A stretch of DNA of 64,000 bases from a plasmid. The stretch lies in the sequence record NZ_CP154590.1; one strand, written 5' to 3'. The notes beneath the pieces were generated by a model. That model worked only from the letters and a program-made list of their open reading frames with translations. It was not told the DNA's origin and did not search any database. Position numbers and translations under genes: made by a program. Every line of letters begins with the position of its first letter. Position 1 is the stretch's first letter. Shown one piece after another: positions 21,170-29,783 of the stretch.

Positions 21170-21300
21170 GTGCTCCTTACTCGGGTGTCGGGGCGGAGCC
21201 CTGACCAGGTGGCATTTGTAATATCGTGCGTGCGCGGTATTACAAATGCACATCCTGTCCCGTTTTTTCGGCCATTATACGCTTCGCTGGCTGTTTCGCC
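21170..21300. promoter_or_regulatory. oriT: oriT (IncI-type) with inverted repeats and probable nic region
   Basis: 11-bp inverted repeat CATTTGTAATA (21213-21223) / TATTACAAATG (21238-21248) followed by CACATCCTGTCCCG; GC-rich repeat GGGTGTCGGGGCGGAGCCC upstream; located upstream of nikA. Confidence 0.6.
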
Positions 21301-21410
21301 TAGTGGCGATTTGACGGCATCGGCAGTGCGAGACACTGCCACTTTTTATTTGGCAATGGTATGATTGACATGAAAATCATAGCGGCAATATGTGAAAGGA
21401 AAAATTTGAT

Positions 21411-21734
21411 ATGGCAGATAAAAAATGGTTCACAACGGAAGACGTTGAACTGGCAAAAATGACGTTAGATTCTCTACCTGATTTAACCGAGAAACGTCTT
21501 ACCAAATCCGACGTATTGAATAAACTGCAAGACCAGATAATTTTGCTTTCTGGTCATAAAGGCTATTCTGTAGATGATATCCGTTCGGCTTTAGAGGGTG
21601 TGGGTATCCAGACAAGTGTTAAAGCTATTCGTGAAATATTAAGTAAGCAGAAAAAAACAACAAAAGGGGCAGGTTTTTCTCGTAACAGAACGACTAAAAA
21701 TTCTAATCAAACTCCAGTGAATCAAGAAAGTTAA
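21411..21734 (+). CDS. hypothetical Lys-rich protein next to oriT
   Basis: 107-aa ORF with an in-range RBS; no motif recognised. Confidence 0.3.
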   Translation: MADKKWFTTEDVELAKMTLDSLPDLTEKRLTKSDVLNKLQDQIILLSGHKGYSVDDIRSALEGVGIQTSVKAIREILSKQKKTTKGAGFSRNRTTKNSNQTPVNQES

Positions 21735-21896
21735 GAATTTTTACGGAGAACACTGGAACCTGATGAGAGGCATTATTTTACCACGATAGTGGTTAGATAA
21801 TTCCGAACTGTGTAATTAGCTGAAAACTGATTCAATACCTGAGTTTGTCACGCCCAGCACCATAATTAGCGGGAGTTTCCTCCCGCATTGCATCAT

Positions 21897-22796
21897 TCAT
21901 GACTTCAACTTTTGCATCATTTCTGCCATTCCCCACAATGCACGGTTCAGTTTTACATCCCCATCAATTCCGGTCACTGCACGTGTACGCTGTCTCTTTC
22001 CTTGCGCTGTTTTTCCCAGTAAACCACCCTTTGTCATATTCTCCTGAACACGCTGATACGTCGTCCAAAGATCATTAGATTTATCTTCATTTCGGCGAAC
22101 ATTGAGCAAATCGGATGGTGCCAGAGGGATGTGCTTTCCTTCTGAGTTTTCATCATAACGCCAGCCCAGAGCGGTCTGTGCAAAAATTTCCTGCTCCTCG
22201 CGTGTCAGCGCGGTGTCTTTCATTATTTCTCGTGACTCTGTTATTTCGTCAAAAATTCCCAGAACCTCGTATGCACCTTCTATAACTTGCTCGACTACAT
22301 CGCCTTTGTGCGGGACACGGATCTCCCCGAACGTCTGCCCGCAAATCATCCCGTTGGTGCAGACGAAGCGGAACATTCCCGGAATCATCTGATAACTGCT
22401 GCTACCATCGTGGCTATTCAAAAGAATTATTTCCGGAACCTCTTTACCTGCAATTTGCCCGGCGCGACGCAAACGCATCATATGTTTGGTGTGACCACGT
22501 TTTCCTTCATCACGGGTGCGTGTCTGGCAAGCAAAGAACGGCAGGAAACCTTCTTCGCGCAATTTTTCCAGAACGGTAATCGTTGGAATGTACGTGTAGC
22601 GTTCGCTACGGGAATCATGTTTGTCCTCGGAAAAAATACTCGGAACAACATGCATCAGTTCATCGTTCGTCAGTGGACGTTCGCGACGGATGACATTCAT
22701 TGATGCAAAACGAGATGCTAAACGGGCCATAGTGATTCTCCTCATGATGATTATAAAATTGCTTCTGCCGTCGCCTTTTTGATGATGATTCACCAT
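21897..22796 (-). CDS. leading-region protein, likely DUF932-type
   Basis: 299 aa; resembles the roughly 300-aa conserved plasmid/ICE leading-region family from memory; no catalytic motif seen. Confidence 0.35.
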   Translation of the reverse strand: MVNHHQKGDGRSNFIIIMRRITMARLASRFASMNVIRRERPLTNDELMHVVPSIFSEDKHDSRSERYTYIPTITVLEKLREEGFLPFFACQTRTRDEGKRGHTKHMMRLRRAGQIAGKEVPEIILLNSHDGSSSYQMIPGMFRFVCTNGMICGQTFGEIRVPHKGDVVEQVIEGAYEVLGIFDEITESREIMKDTALTREEQEIFAQTALGWRYDENSEGKHIPLAPSDLLNVRRNEDKSNDLWTTYQRVQENMTKGGLLGKTAQGKRQRTRAVTGIDGDVKLNRALWGMAEMMQKLKS

Positions 22797-23137
22797 CGCG
22801 GGTGGCCGTTCCCGTGATAAAGCGAACGGCCTGACCTACAAGGAGGAGATGCAAGGGTGCAGCAGGAAGCCGCAGCGCAAGCGACCAGAGGGAGTGCGAA
22901 CGGGTGAGTGATGTGCCCTTGCATAGACTCCGGGTCGGGCCAGAGTCTTTCACGGGTAAGGCAGCACGCGGTGAGCAAAGTACTCAAAAGGTGAAAGCTG
23001 GAATTATCCGGCGGGCGAAGCCCGTTTCCTTTCTGGGGCCGCCAGGTGGCCCCAGTCAGGGCGGCGCTGTCGGGACGGCAGCTGCAAGCCCGTGCGCCGG
23101 AGGTGGAGAATTATGCCCGGGCGTGCCGGGCTGATAC

Positions 23138-23707
23138 TTACCAGTCAAATACTGGCGCACCTTCCACATTATCCCCCACAGATGAGAAATGGATCATGCT
23201 AATATTGGCCTGCTTAATAGACCGATAAATTAACGCCCGTGTGGTTCGTGAAATGCCCAGACGTTTCAGCCGGAGAAGCGGACGTGTGGGAGCATCGAGG
23301 CGCAGAAGATACCCGACATCGGTATCCAGAATCCACGGCCATTCGTTCTCTGATTGGGTCAATTCCTGCAATAAATAATTATCTTCTAACGTGATATGAG
23401 ATATTCGACATTCCATAACCGGGCGCAGCATCATACGCGGAGCGATGATACTTTTCCCCCATCCCAATGAATCCGTAATATCGTTCCACGCCCATTCATC
23501 ATCACCAGGAATAGGGCACTCCAGCAACTGGAAAGGAACCCCGATTTTCTCCGCAATTTTCTTACCTATCGAGATCACATCCTCATTACGTTCCTGAAGA
23601 TCGCGGCCTGCAATATATTCACCATCCAGATAAATGGCCTCCTCGCCGTTCTCAAGACGGATACCTGTTACGCCGCGTGGCGCATTTTGTAGATAATATT
23701 TTGGCAT
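23138..23707 (-). CDS. hypothetical leading-region protein
   Basis: 189-aa ORF, good coding appearance, RBS GGAGAA upstream. Confidence 0.4.
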   Translation of the reverse strand: MPKYYLQNAPRGVTGIRLENGEEAIYLDGEYIAGRDLQERNEDVISIGKKIAEKIGVPFQLLECPIPGDDEWAWNDITDSLGWGKSIIAPRMMLRPVMECRISHITLEDNYLLQELTQSENEWPWILDTDVGYLLRLDAPTRPLLRLKRLGISRTTRALIYRSIKQANISMIHFSSVGDNVEGAPVFDW

Positions 23708-23761
23708 TGGTTATTCTCCGCAATGGCGATCAAAAGCCGCCCCGTTGCGGGGCGGCGGCTG

Positions 23762-23905
23762 TCAGATGTAGCCCAACTCGGCGTTCACGGTAGTCATGAA
23801 CTGCTGCCAGTATTCAAATCGCAGCGCAGGTACATGCGCGCGGCGGCCACTCTTCAGGGCGTTTACAAACGCCTTCGCCTGTGCGACTATTTGCGGGTCG
23901 AAAAT
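23762..23905 (-). CDS. small hypothetical protein (47 aa)
   Basis: Strong RBS AAGGAG 7 nt before ATG (reverse of 23897-23916); the longer 113-aa ORF-track reading is less plausible. Confidence 0.3.
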   Translation of the reverse strand: MFDPQIVAQAKAFVNALKSGRRAHVPALRFEYWQQFMTTVNAELGYI

Positions 23906-24575
23906 CATAGTTAACTCCTTTGGTTTTGATGAGGACCAGTTGCATCTGGTCTGGAAGAAGCAGAGTTCGCGCTCTGCTTTTTTATTGCCTGTGATCCGGC
24001 AATCCTTTCTGCGTCGATGACGCAAGCCTTCAGTTGTTCCCCCCCGGCTCCTTCTGCCGTCTCTTTTTTCTTCGGCTTCCGGGCCAGAACGAAACGCCCT
24101 CATTGCGCAGACGATCCGGCAGCGCCCGAAAGAGGCTGCAAGGGTTAAGGACTTATTTTTTCTGCGTCACACCGGAAAAAATCAGGCCTTAAGCAGCTCT
24201 GCTGCGACCCTTTCAGACGCTTACGGGAGATGTCAGTCTGCATCAGCAATGAGAGGCTTTCGTGCGTGCGGAGGGGAAAAAGGACGGCAGAAGAAGCCGG
24301 TGAAGCCGGCTTTCCTTAGCGGACGCCAGCGGCGGCCAGTGAAAGCGGCGCGGCCGGAACGGTCGCAGCAAGCGCGGGGGTTGCCGTTCGACATCGGACA
24401 CTAGCGAATAGCCCGAAACCGCTTGCGGGTTCGGCGGAGCCTGGCCGGTGCGTCAGCAGCTGCCCGGCGGAGTGTGGCCTGACGACCCGGCGCGCTGGCG
24501 CGACGGGGAGCCGAAGGGGGCGCACCTTTCGCATTTTCCTTTCTCTTTTCGCTGTCAATTTCAACATCAAAAAAA

Positions 24576-24646
24576 GTGCAATTTCTGCACCTTTTAACCT
24601 TCAAAAAAACCATAATTTCATTATAAAATAAGTGCAATTTCTGCAC
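24576..24646 (+). promoter_or_regulatory. twin palindromic operators GTGCA-N5-TGCAC
   Basis: Identical 15-bp palindromes at 24576-24590 and 24632-24646, immediately upstream of the HTH gene start (24664). Confidence 0.5.
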
Positions 24647-24663
24647 TTTTTTAAGGATAAATA

Positions 24664-24921
24664 ATGACAGGTTACGAGCTTCGACTCTGGAGAAAAGGCC
24701 TCGGCTGGAGCCGTGACAAGGCGGCTGAACAACTGGATATCAGCCTGCGAACCTATAAAGACTACGAAAACGCGCCCCGCCTGAAACGTAGCATTGCGCT
24801 GGCAACAGTGACGCTATCACTACAGGACCAGCTGCCCCGATTCAGACAGAACCGGACCAGCGGCGACAAAATGCGTGAAATGCTCAATACGATGATCGAT
24901 GATGCGATCCATCCGGATTAA
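24664..24921 (+). CDS. XRE-type HTH DNA-binding protein
   Basis: 85 aa; helix-turn-helix region SRDKAAEQLDISLRTYKDYE; RBS AAGGA; the only plus-strand gene in the leading region. Confidence 0.5.
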   Translation: MTGYELRLWRKGLGWSRDKAAEQLDISLRTYKDYENAPRLKRSIALATVTLSLQDQLPRFRQNRTSGDKMREMLNTMIDDAIHPD

Positions 24922-25247
24922 CGGCCCTTCCCTGCGGGCCTCCCCTGCAACGTGTCCTGCACATATTTTTGCGCCATATTCCAGACTCGCGCTTCATCTT
25001 TGCTCAGTTCCTCTGAATCAATGGCTTCACAGGTATAGTAAGCATCCCATGGCGGCGGATGACTGACCGCTTTGGGCATATTCAGCAGTTCAACCGCCGC
25101 GCGAACTGCCGGAAGCACATCACCCGAATCGATCCCTTCATCAAAAATTATCTCTGTGCCCATCGCCACGTTATCCTCCAGCCACGCCAGCAGGATTTCC
25201 AGTTTGTGGGGTTTGCTCATACGTCCTCTTTCGGTGTGGCCCGGCAA
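24918..25247 (-). CDS. hypothetical acidic protein
   Basis: 109-aa ORF; the real start may be the internal MSKPHKL; overlaps the HTH gene stop. Confidence 0.35.
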   Translation of the reverse strand: MPGHTERGRMSKPHKLEILLAWLEDNVAMGTEIIFDEGIDSGDVLPAVRAAVELLNMPKAVSHPPPWDAYYTCEAIDSEELSKDEARVWNMAQKYVQDTLQGRPAGKGR

Positions 25248-25264
25248 TCGCCGGGCCTGATTTT

Positions 25265-25756
25265 TCAGTCAATGGCCCGGTAAATCAGATCGCGTTCCGG
25301 GTGTTTGATGATGCTGATATAGTCCTTCAGCGCGTCCTGACGATCGACAAGCCCCTGGCAGACTTTCGCCATGCGCTCCCCCATTTCATAGACCTGCCAG
25401 TTCAGACGATTGAGGGACATCAGTGTCGCAATGATCCCGGCGGCCTCCGCTGAAACCTCAGCATCGAAGTAATTTCCCGGCATGGTCACGTGATACACCC
25501 CTTCCGGCGGTACCAGATACCCGGTCGGTCGGGTAATACAGTCCTCAGTCCATCCGTCAATTCGACCGCTGATACCACGCGGAACGGCAAAGTAACGCCA
25601 GAAACCTCCGTCATACTGGCTATGTACCTGTAACCAGGAGGCGACCAGCTGGTCGCCCTGCGGCGTGAAGAATAATTCAGGAATAAAGGCCAGACGCTGG
25701 CGCGGGTCAGTGATTTCAATGCTGGCAGTCGGGGCAATCATTGTGGAAGTCATCAT
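25265..25756 (-). CDS. antirestriction protein, ArdB/KlcA family
   Basis: About 163 aa from the MMTSTM start (RBS AAGGAAAG); family-like segments RLAFIPELF and YDGGFWRYF. Confidence 0.6.
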   Translation of the reverse strand: MMTSTMIAPTASIEITDPRQRLAFIPELFFTPQGDQLVASWLQVHSQYDGGFWRYFAVPRGISGRIDGWTEDCITRPTGYLVPPEGVYHVTMPGNYFDAEVSAEAAGIIATLMSLNRLNWQVYEMGERMAKVCQGLVDRQDALKDYISIIKHPERDLIYRAID

Positions 25757-25835
25757 TATTCGGCTTTCCTTAGTGGCCGCCAGTGGCGGCCAGTTTAAGT
25801 GGCGCTGCCGGAACGGCAGCTGCAAACGCTATATG

Positions 25836-26654
25836 TCAGGCGGCAATATCGAGGCCGTACATAAAGTCCTTCATTGCTTTCATGCGTCTCTGGAACTCCA
25901 GCTTGTTTTTAAAGTCGTTCCAGTAATAAACCGGGGTATACCGCGCACGATGCAGGTTCATTGTCAGCGTGTTGCCTGTGATAACTTCCGCCGGGATACC
26001 CAGTAACGAAAGCTGAACAAACGCCATATCGGCGGCGATCGGGTCAATATCGATACAGCTTCCGAACATGTGATTCGAATGGTCATATCCGGCATCTAAC
26101 AGGCATTCGGCATAGGCGATAATCATCCCCGCCGCGCCGCTCGCAGGGTCACTGACGGTGACAAAACCCTCGCGGCGGATCGACTCTTTCACGCCGGGCA
26201 TCATCATTCGTGCCATCATCGACTGAACGGAATACGGCGTGAAGTATTGCCCCATGCCATTAGATCCCAGCTCCAGCTCCATGAAAATCGCGCCGAGAAA
26301 ATCATGAAATTTGGCATCGAGCGCGCACACCATCAGGATGAAAAGATCATGCATTTTCTGAATATCTGCGGCCTCGTAGCGCTCGCAGACTTTGCGGCTA
26401 CGCTCGATATTCTCCGGTGTAAGAATCCGCGCCAGATCCAGCTCACTGGCAGAAAGCGTGATGAAATCGCAGAACACATCCCAGCGGCGCATATAACGCG
26501 CGGTATCGTTAAACAGGCGGATAAACTGCTTACGTGCTGCATCCACGTGCATCAATCCGATAATCGGCTTCTTTTTGGAAACCGGAACAATTGGAATAAC
26601 GTTGTCAGACTCACGCGCCTGGTTGAAAAATTCTGCAAAACTCAGTTGTGACAT
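25836..26654 (-). CDS. truncated HsdM-like N6-adenine methyltransferase-family protein lacking catalytic motif IV
   Basis: 272 aa; motif X (GQYFTP), SAM-binding motif I (SDPASGAAGM) and an HsdM-like FGSCIDIDP..MAFVQLSLLGI block, but the protein ends before any NPPF/DPPY motif. Confidence 0.5.
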   Translation of the reverse strand: MSQLSFAEFFNQARESDNVIPIVPVSKKKPIIGLMHVDAARKQFIRLFNDTARYMRRWDVFCDFITLSASELDLARILTPENIERSRKVCERYEAADIQKMHDLFILMVCALDAKFHDFLGAIFMELELGSNGMGQYFTPYSVQSMMARMMMPGVKESIRREGFVTVSDPASGAAGMIIAYAECLLDAGYDHSNHMFGSCIDIDPIAADMAFVQLSLLGIPAEVITGNTLTMNLHRARYTPVYYWNDFKNKLEFQRRMKAMKDFMYGLDIAA

Positions 26655-26696
26655 AGTTCCCCCTGCTTGCCGCCCCTTCAGGGGCGGCTCCGTGTA

Positions 26697-27056
26697 TCAG
26701 TGTGTTTTCTGGCTTTCAGGAATGAAGGTCGCTTTGACCTTCGCCACAATGACGGCGTGATTCAGGTGGCTGTAATCACGCAGACGGAAATAACGCTTGC
26801 CGCAGCGCACGAAAATATCAGTCACGTTCCCGCAATACATTTCCTGCATCATGAACGTTTCAGTGTCCTGCGCGGTGTCGCTACGCCAGTTCATTGGCGG
26901 CATCATCCCTGCCGCGTCATGGAACTTGTACACGTCGATTTCGACGGGTGCAGTGACAGCCGCTTTTTCGCGGGTCAGCCAGTAGGCGCGCTCGGCCTCG
27001 GCGGTCGCGTTCATGTCCAGCGTGTGGGTCGGTTCGGTCTGATATACGTGCATAAG
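26697..27056 (-). CDS. hypothetical leading-region protein (119 aa)
   Basis: Start MHVYQTEP with RBS AAAGGAG; the 323-aa ORF-track extension runs through a GC-rich repeat and is rejected. Confidence 0.4.
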   Translation of the reverse strand, partial: LMHVYQTEPTHTLDMNATAEAERAYWLTREKAAVTAPVEIDVYKFHDAAGMMPPMNWRSDTAQDTETFMMQEMYCGNVTDIFVRCGKRYFRLRDYSHLNHAVIVAKVKATFIPESQKTH

Positions 27057-27960
27057 GATCTCCTTTCTTTTAATCACATCACCCGTTGAGTTACGGGAGC
27101 CGCGGTTTTGACGTTTTGCGGGAACCTGCTGAAGTTTCCCGGGTTGTTTCACTTCACCCGTTTGAGAACCTTCGCCGCAGGTGCAGCACGCCACCGGCCG
27201 ACGCCGGAATCCGGGGCGGAAGCGCAAAGTTTTTACCTGGAAAAAGTTTTCGCTGGAGAGCGGCAGCGGCCCTGGATGACAAGGAGGACTGTGGCGTGAT
27301 TCAGCACCCAGGAGGAGGATCTCAAAGGGCGAAACGCACAACGGAGAAGACGAGCCGGGACCCGCCGCAACGGCGATACGCGGCAGCGTAGCGATGTTGC
27401 CCTGCAGAATCCCGTCGCCGGCGACGGGATGGTGAGAGCGGCGTGGCCGGAACGGCCGCAGCAAGCGTGGGGTTGACCTTCTCCATCGGACACTAGCGAA
27501 TAGCCCGAAACCCGCAGGGGTTCGGCGGAGCCTGGCGGGTGCGTTAAGCAGTTGCCCTGGCGGAGTGTGGCCTGACGACCTGGCGCGCTGGCGCGACGGG
27601 GAGCCGAAGGTGGTCGGGTTCTTCGCCTTTCTGGTTTGAAACAGCAAAAATCCGGGAGAAAATGGCACAGCTATCAGGGAAAGTGGTACAGAAGTGAGTA
27701 AAGAGAAACAGACGGCAGGAAGAAAGCGGAAGACGACTAAATGACCATAATGAGGACATAAACGGAGGGGAGGATGGGAGGCGCGCAGCGCCTCTCCCCC
27801 GCCCTTCCAGCTGGGCGCCCTGCAGCAGGTTGTTCATGCCAGGCCAGACAGGGAAAAGGGCCTCCCTGCGAACAGGGAAGCCCTTCTAAAAGCGCTTGCG
27901 GCAATGGTCCGACAACATCCGATACCCTGAATGGCGGGGGTTTCCCCCCGCCGGGGTTAG

Positions 27961-28119
27961 CTACTTAGCGGATTCGTAAGCCAGTATTGCAGCGACCTCC
28001 CGTTCTCCGTCCTTCAGCCTGATTTCGCAAAGCGATTTTCGGGTCAGGTATGTGAATGCCAGCAGTGTTAAACACACTATAAGCACACACCAGATAACGG
28101 GACTTCGCGGCAGTTTCAT
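27961..28119 (-). CDS. hok: Hok/Gef-family type I toxin
   Basis: Reverse-strand translation [52 protein letters not shown] (52 aa), almost identical in pattern to Hok/FlmA; RBS AAGGAG; absent from the ORF track because it is under 60 aa. Confidence 0.8.
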   Translation of the reverse strand: MKLPRSPVIWCVLIVCLTLLAFTYLTRKSLCEIRLKDGEREVAAILAYESAK

Positions 28120-28179
28120 GGCCTTCTTCTCCTTGCCTTACGGCATCTAAGAGGCTATCCTGATGGTGTCGATTCATGC

Positions 28180-28270
28180 AGGGGCCTCGGTTAATGAAAA
28201 TTAACTGGGGCTTTTGTCTTTCTGCCTCACGACACAGGTACAAACCACCGGAACATCCTGAGGCAAAAAG
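28180..28270 (+). ncRNA. sok: probable Sok-type antisense RNA / mok overlap region of the hok locus
   Basis: Inferred from hok locus architecture only (antisense to the hok mRNA leader); boundaries not determinable by eye. Confidence 0.3.
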
Positions 28271-28350
28271 CCTCAAGCGCCACCGCCATTATACCGTTCA
28301 TCCCTCTTTCTGCCCAGGAATAGGCAGCTAACTGTCTTAATTTATCCTGC

Positions 28351-28587
28351 TTATCCGTCTTCCCGGGGATCGCCCTCCCCTCTGGCCCACTCAGTAATCT
28401 GCTCATCCAGCACGGCAAGTTGCGGGTATACCGCCTCAGCCAACAGATAAAAATCTGTCTCCAGTCCGCCATGCCAGTCGGCCCATTCGGCAGACATATC
28501 ATTCAGTTTGTCGACGATGGTCTGCAGCTTCTTACGCTGACTGCGTGCGAGTTTCAGTTCCTCGCGGAACGGGTTTCGTTTTCTCAC
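28351..28587 (-). CDS. hypothetical protein (78 aa), coupled to psiA
   Basis: Start overlaps psiA stop (ATGA). Confidence 0.35.
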   Translation of the reverse strand: MRKRNPFREELKLARSQRKKLQTIVDKLNDMSAEWADWHGGLETDFYLLAEAVYPQLAVLDEQITEWARGEGDPREDG

Positions 28588-29318
28588 GGCCAGACCTCCC
28601 GAAGAGTGATCTTGTTCGGTACCATCCAGCGTTCAAGCTCGCGTTCTTCAGGCGAACTGGCTCCCGCAACGTCGTGAACATCCAGCACAACCTCCAGCGC
28701 CGACAGGTTATACCCGCGAACCAGAGATGCCAGTGACGGACAACGTTCTGTCCACGCCCACAGCATTTTTTCCAGATCGTAGTCCCGGATATCCTGTTGT
28801 GACCAGTGGGCATACCAGGTGCGGATAGTCTCCGGTGTGTGAAATGCCAGGTCAATTTCGGCCTGCCCGGTCAGATTGTCATACTTCTCTTCCCGCTCTC
28901 TTTCTCGGCGTGCCTCCTGACGGCTGTATAGATCATCTTCACGCTGGTAACGGCTTGCCTGACGCTCTCCCACACTGAACGCCTGCTCCGGAAACAGCGA
29001 TGTCACCATCGAGGTATCAAGCGGTGAATAACAATGCCGACCCCGCGAGCGAATCAGAGTATCAAATGCTTCCTCATACTGAGCGAGCGGGACTTTGTCG
29101 TCCTTGTACCAGTACACGCCGCGTACCTGGTTAATGGCGCGACCGCTAATTTTGCTGCTCCCACACAGGAACCGGAAAAAGGCCCGGGCATAAGGGTGCG
29201 GCGGATTACCGAACCGCCTGTCCTTCTGGGTTGTTTCCTCAACGTGCATAATGGCACGGAGTGCAGCTTCACGTTCTGGCAGTTGCGTCACAAGAGAGAG
29301 ATGGCGTGGAATGCTCAT
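28584..29318 (-). CDS. psiA: PsiA plasmid SOS-inhibition protein A
   Basis: MSIPRHL start overlapping psiB stop (ATGA); segments PYARAFFRFL and LAFHTPETIRTWYAHWSQQ resemble F PsiA. Confidence 0.75.
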   Translation of the reverse strand: MSIPRHLSLVTQLPEREAALRAIMHVEETTQKDRRFGNPPHPYARAFFRFLCGSSKISGRAINQVRGVYWYKDDKVPLAQYEEAFDTLIRSRGRHCYSPLDTSMVTSLFPEQAFSVGERQASRYQREDDLYSRQEARREREREEKYDNLTGQAEIDLAFHTPETIRTWYAHWSQQDIRDYDLEKMLWAWTERCPSLASLVRGYNLSALEVVLDVHDVAGASSPEERELERWMVPNKITLREVWP

Positions 29319-29740
29319 GCTGGTATCTCCTCTTTCAGAATAGACATGATGTCGCATAGTCCGTATCCATCCCAGTGAAGGCCACTGATCTGGCACAAAA
29401 TGCGGCTGATTTCACTGGCATCGAAGAACGAGGACTGGTGAACACAGGCCAGACGCTCTCCCTGAGACATGGAAATCAGCACAAGCCAGTAATCACTGAT
29501 TTCACCAGGGCTGCATACCACCACTTCAAAGCGCTCATGTTCGGGGGTAAAGCGAATCTGAACCGGAAACAAGCCGCCGAACTCACTGCGAAATTCTCCG
29601 TTCATGTCCCATTTGTCAGGAAGCGCGAAGGAATTCATGACGGCATTAGTGAGTTCACTGCGATACTGAAAACCCGCTGCTCGATGGGCTTCAAACTCTT
29701 CGGCGGTCATCGCGGCAAGACGGGAATGATGAATACTCAT
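29315..29740 (-). CDS. psiB: PsiB RecA/SOS inhibitor
   Basis: 141 aa from MSIHHSRL (RBS AAGGAG); MNGEFRSEFGGLFPVQIRFTPEHERF matches the PsiB core. Confidence 0.8.
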   Translation of the reverse strand: MSIHHSRLAAMTAEEFEAHRAAGFQYRSELTNAVMNSFALPDKWDMNGEFRSEFGGLFPVQIRFTPEHERFEVVVCSPGEISDYWLVLISMSQGERLACVHQSSFFDASEISRILCQISGLHWDGYGLCDIMSILKEEIPA

Positions 29741-29783
29741 AGGGTATCTCCTTATTGCCGCCCCATCGGGGCGGCTCTCCATA

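Noticed and set aside
23762-24103. 113-aa minus ORF upstream of the small 47-aa gene
   Set aside because: The N-terminal part is Arg/Gly-rich translation of GC-rich non-coding DNA; only the C-terminal 47 codons have an RBS.
26697-27668. 323-aa minus-strand ORF extending from orf119 through the GC-rich B-family repeat
   Set aside because: Upstream two-thirds is Pro/Arg/Gly-rich, low-complexity translation of a GC-rich palindromic repeat; a good RBS and ATG exist at 27056, so only the 119-aa gene is called.
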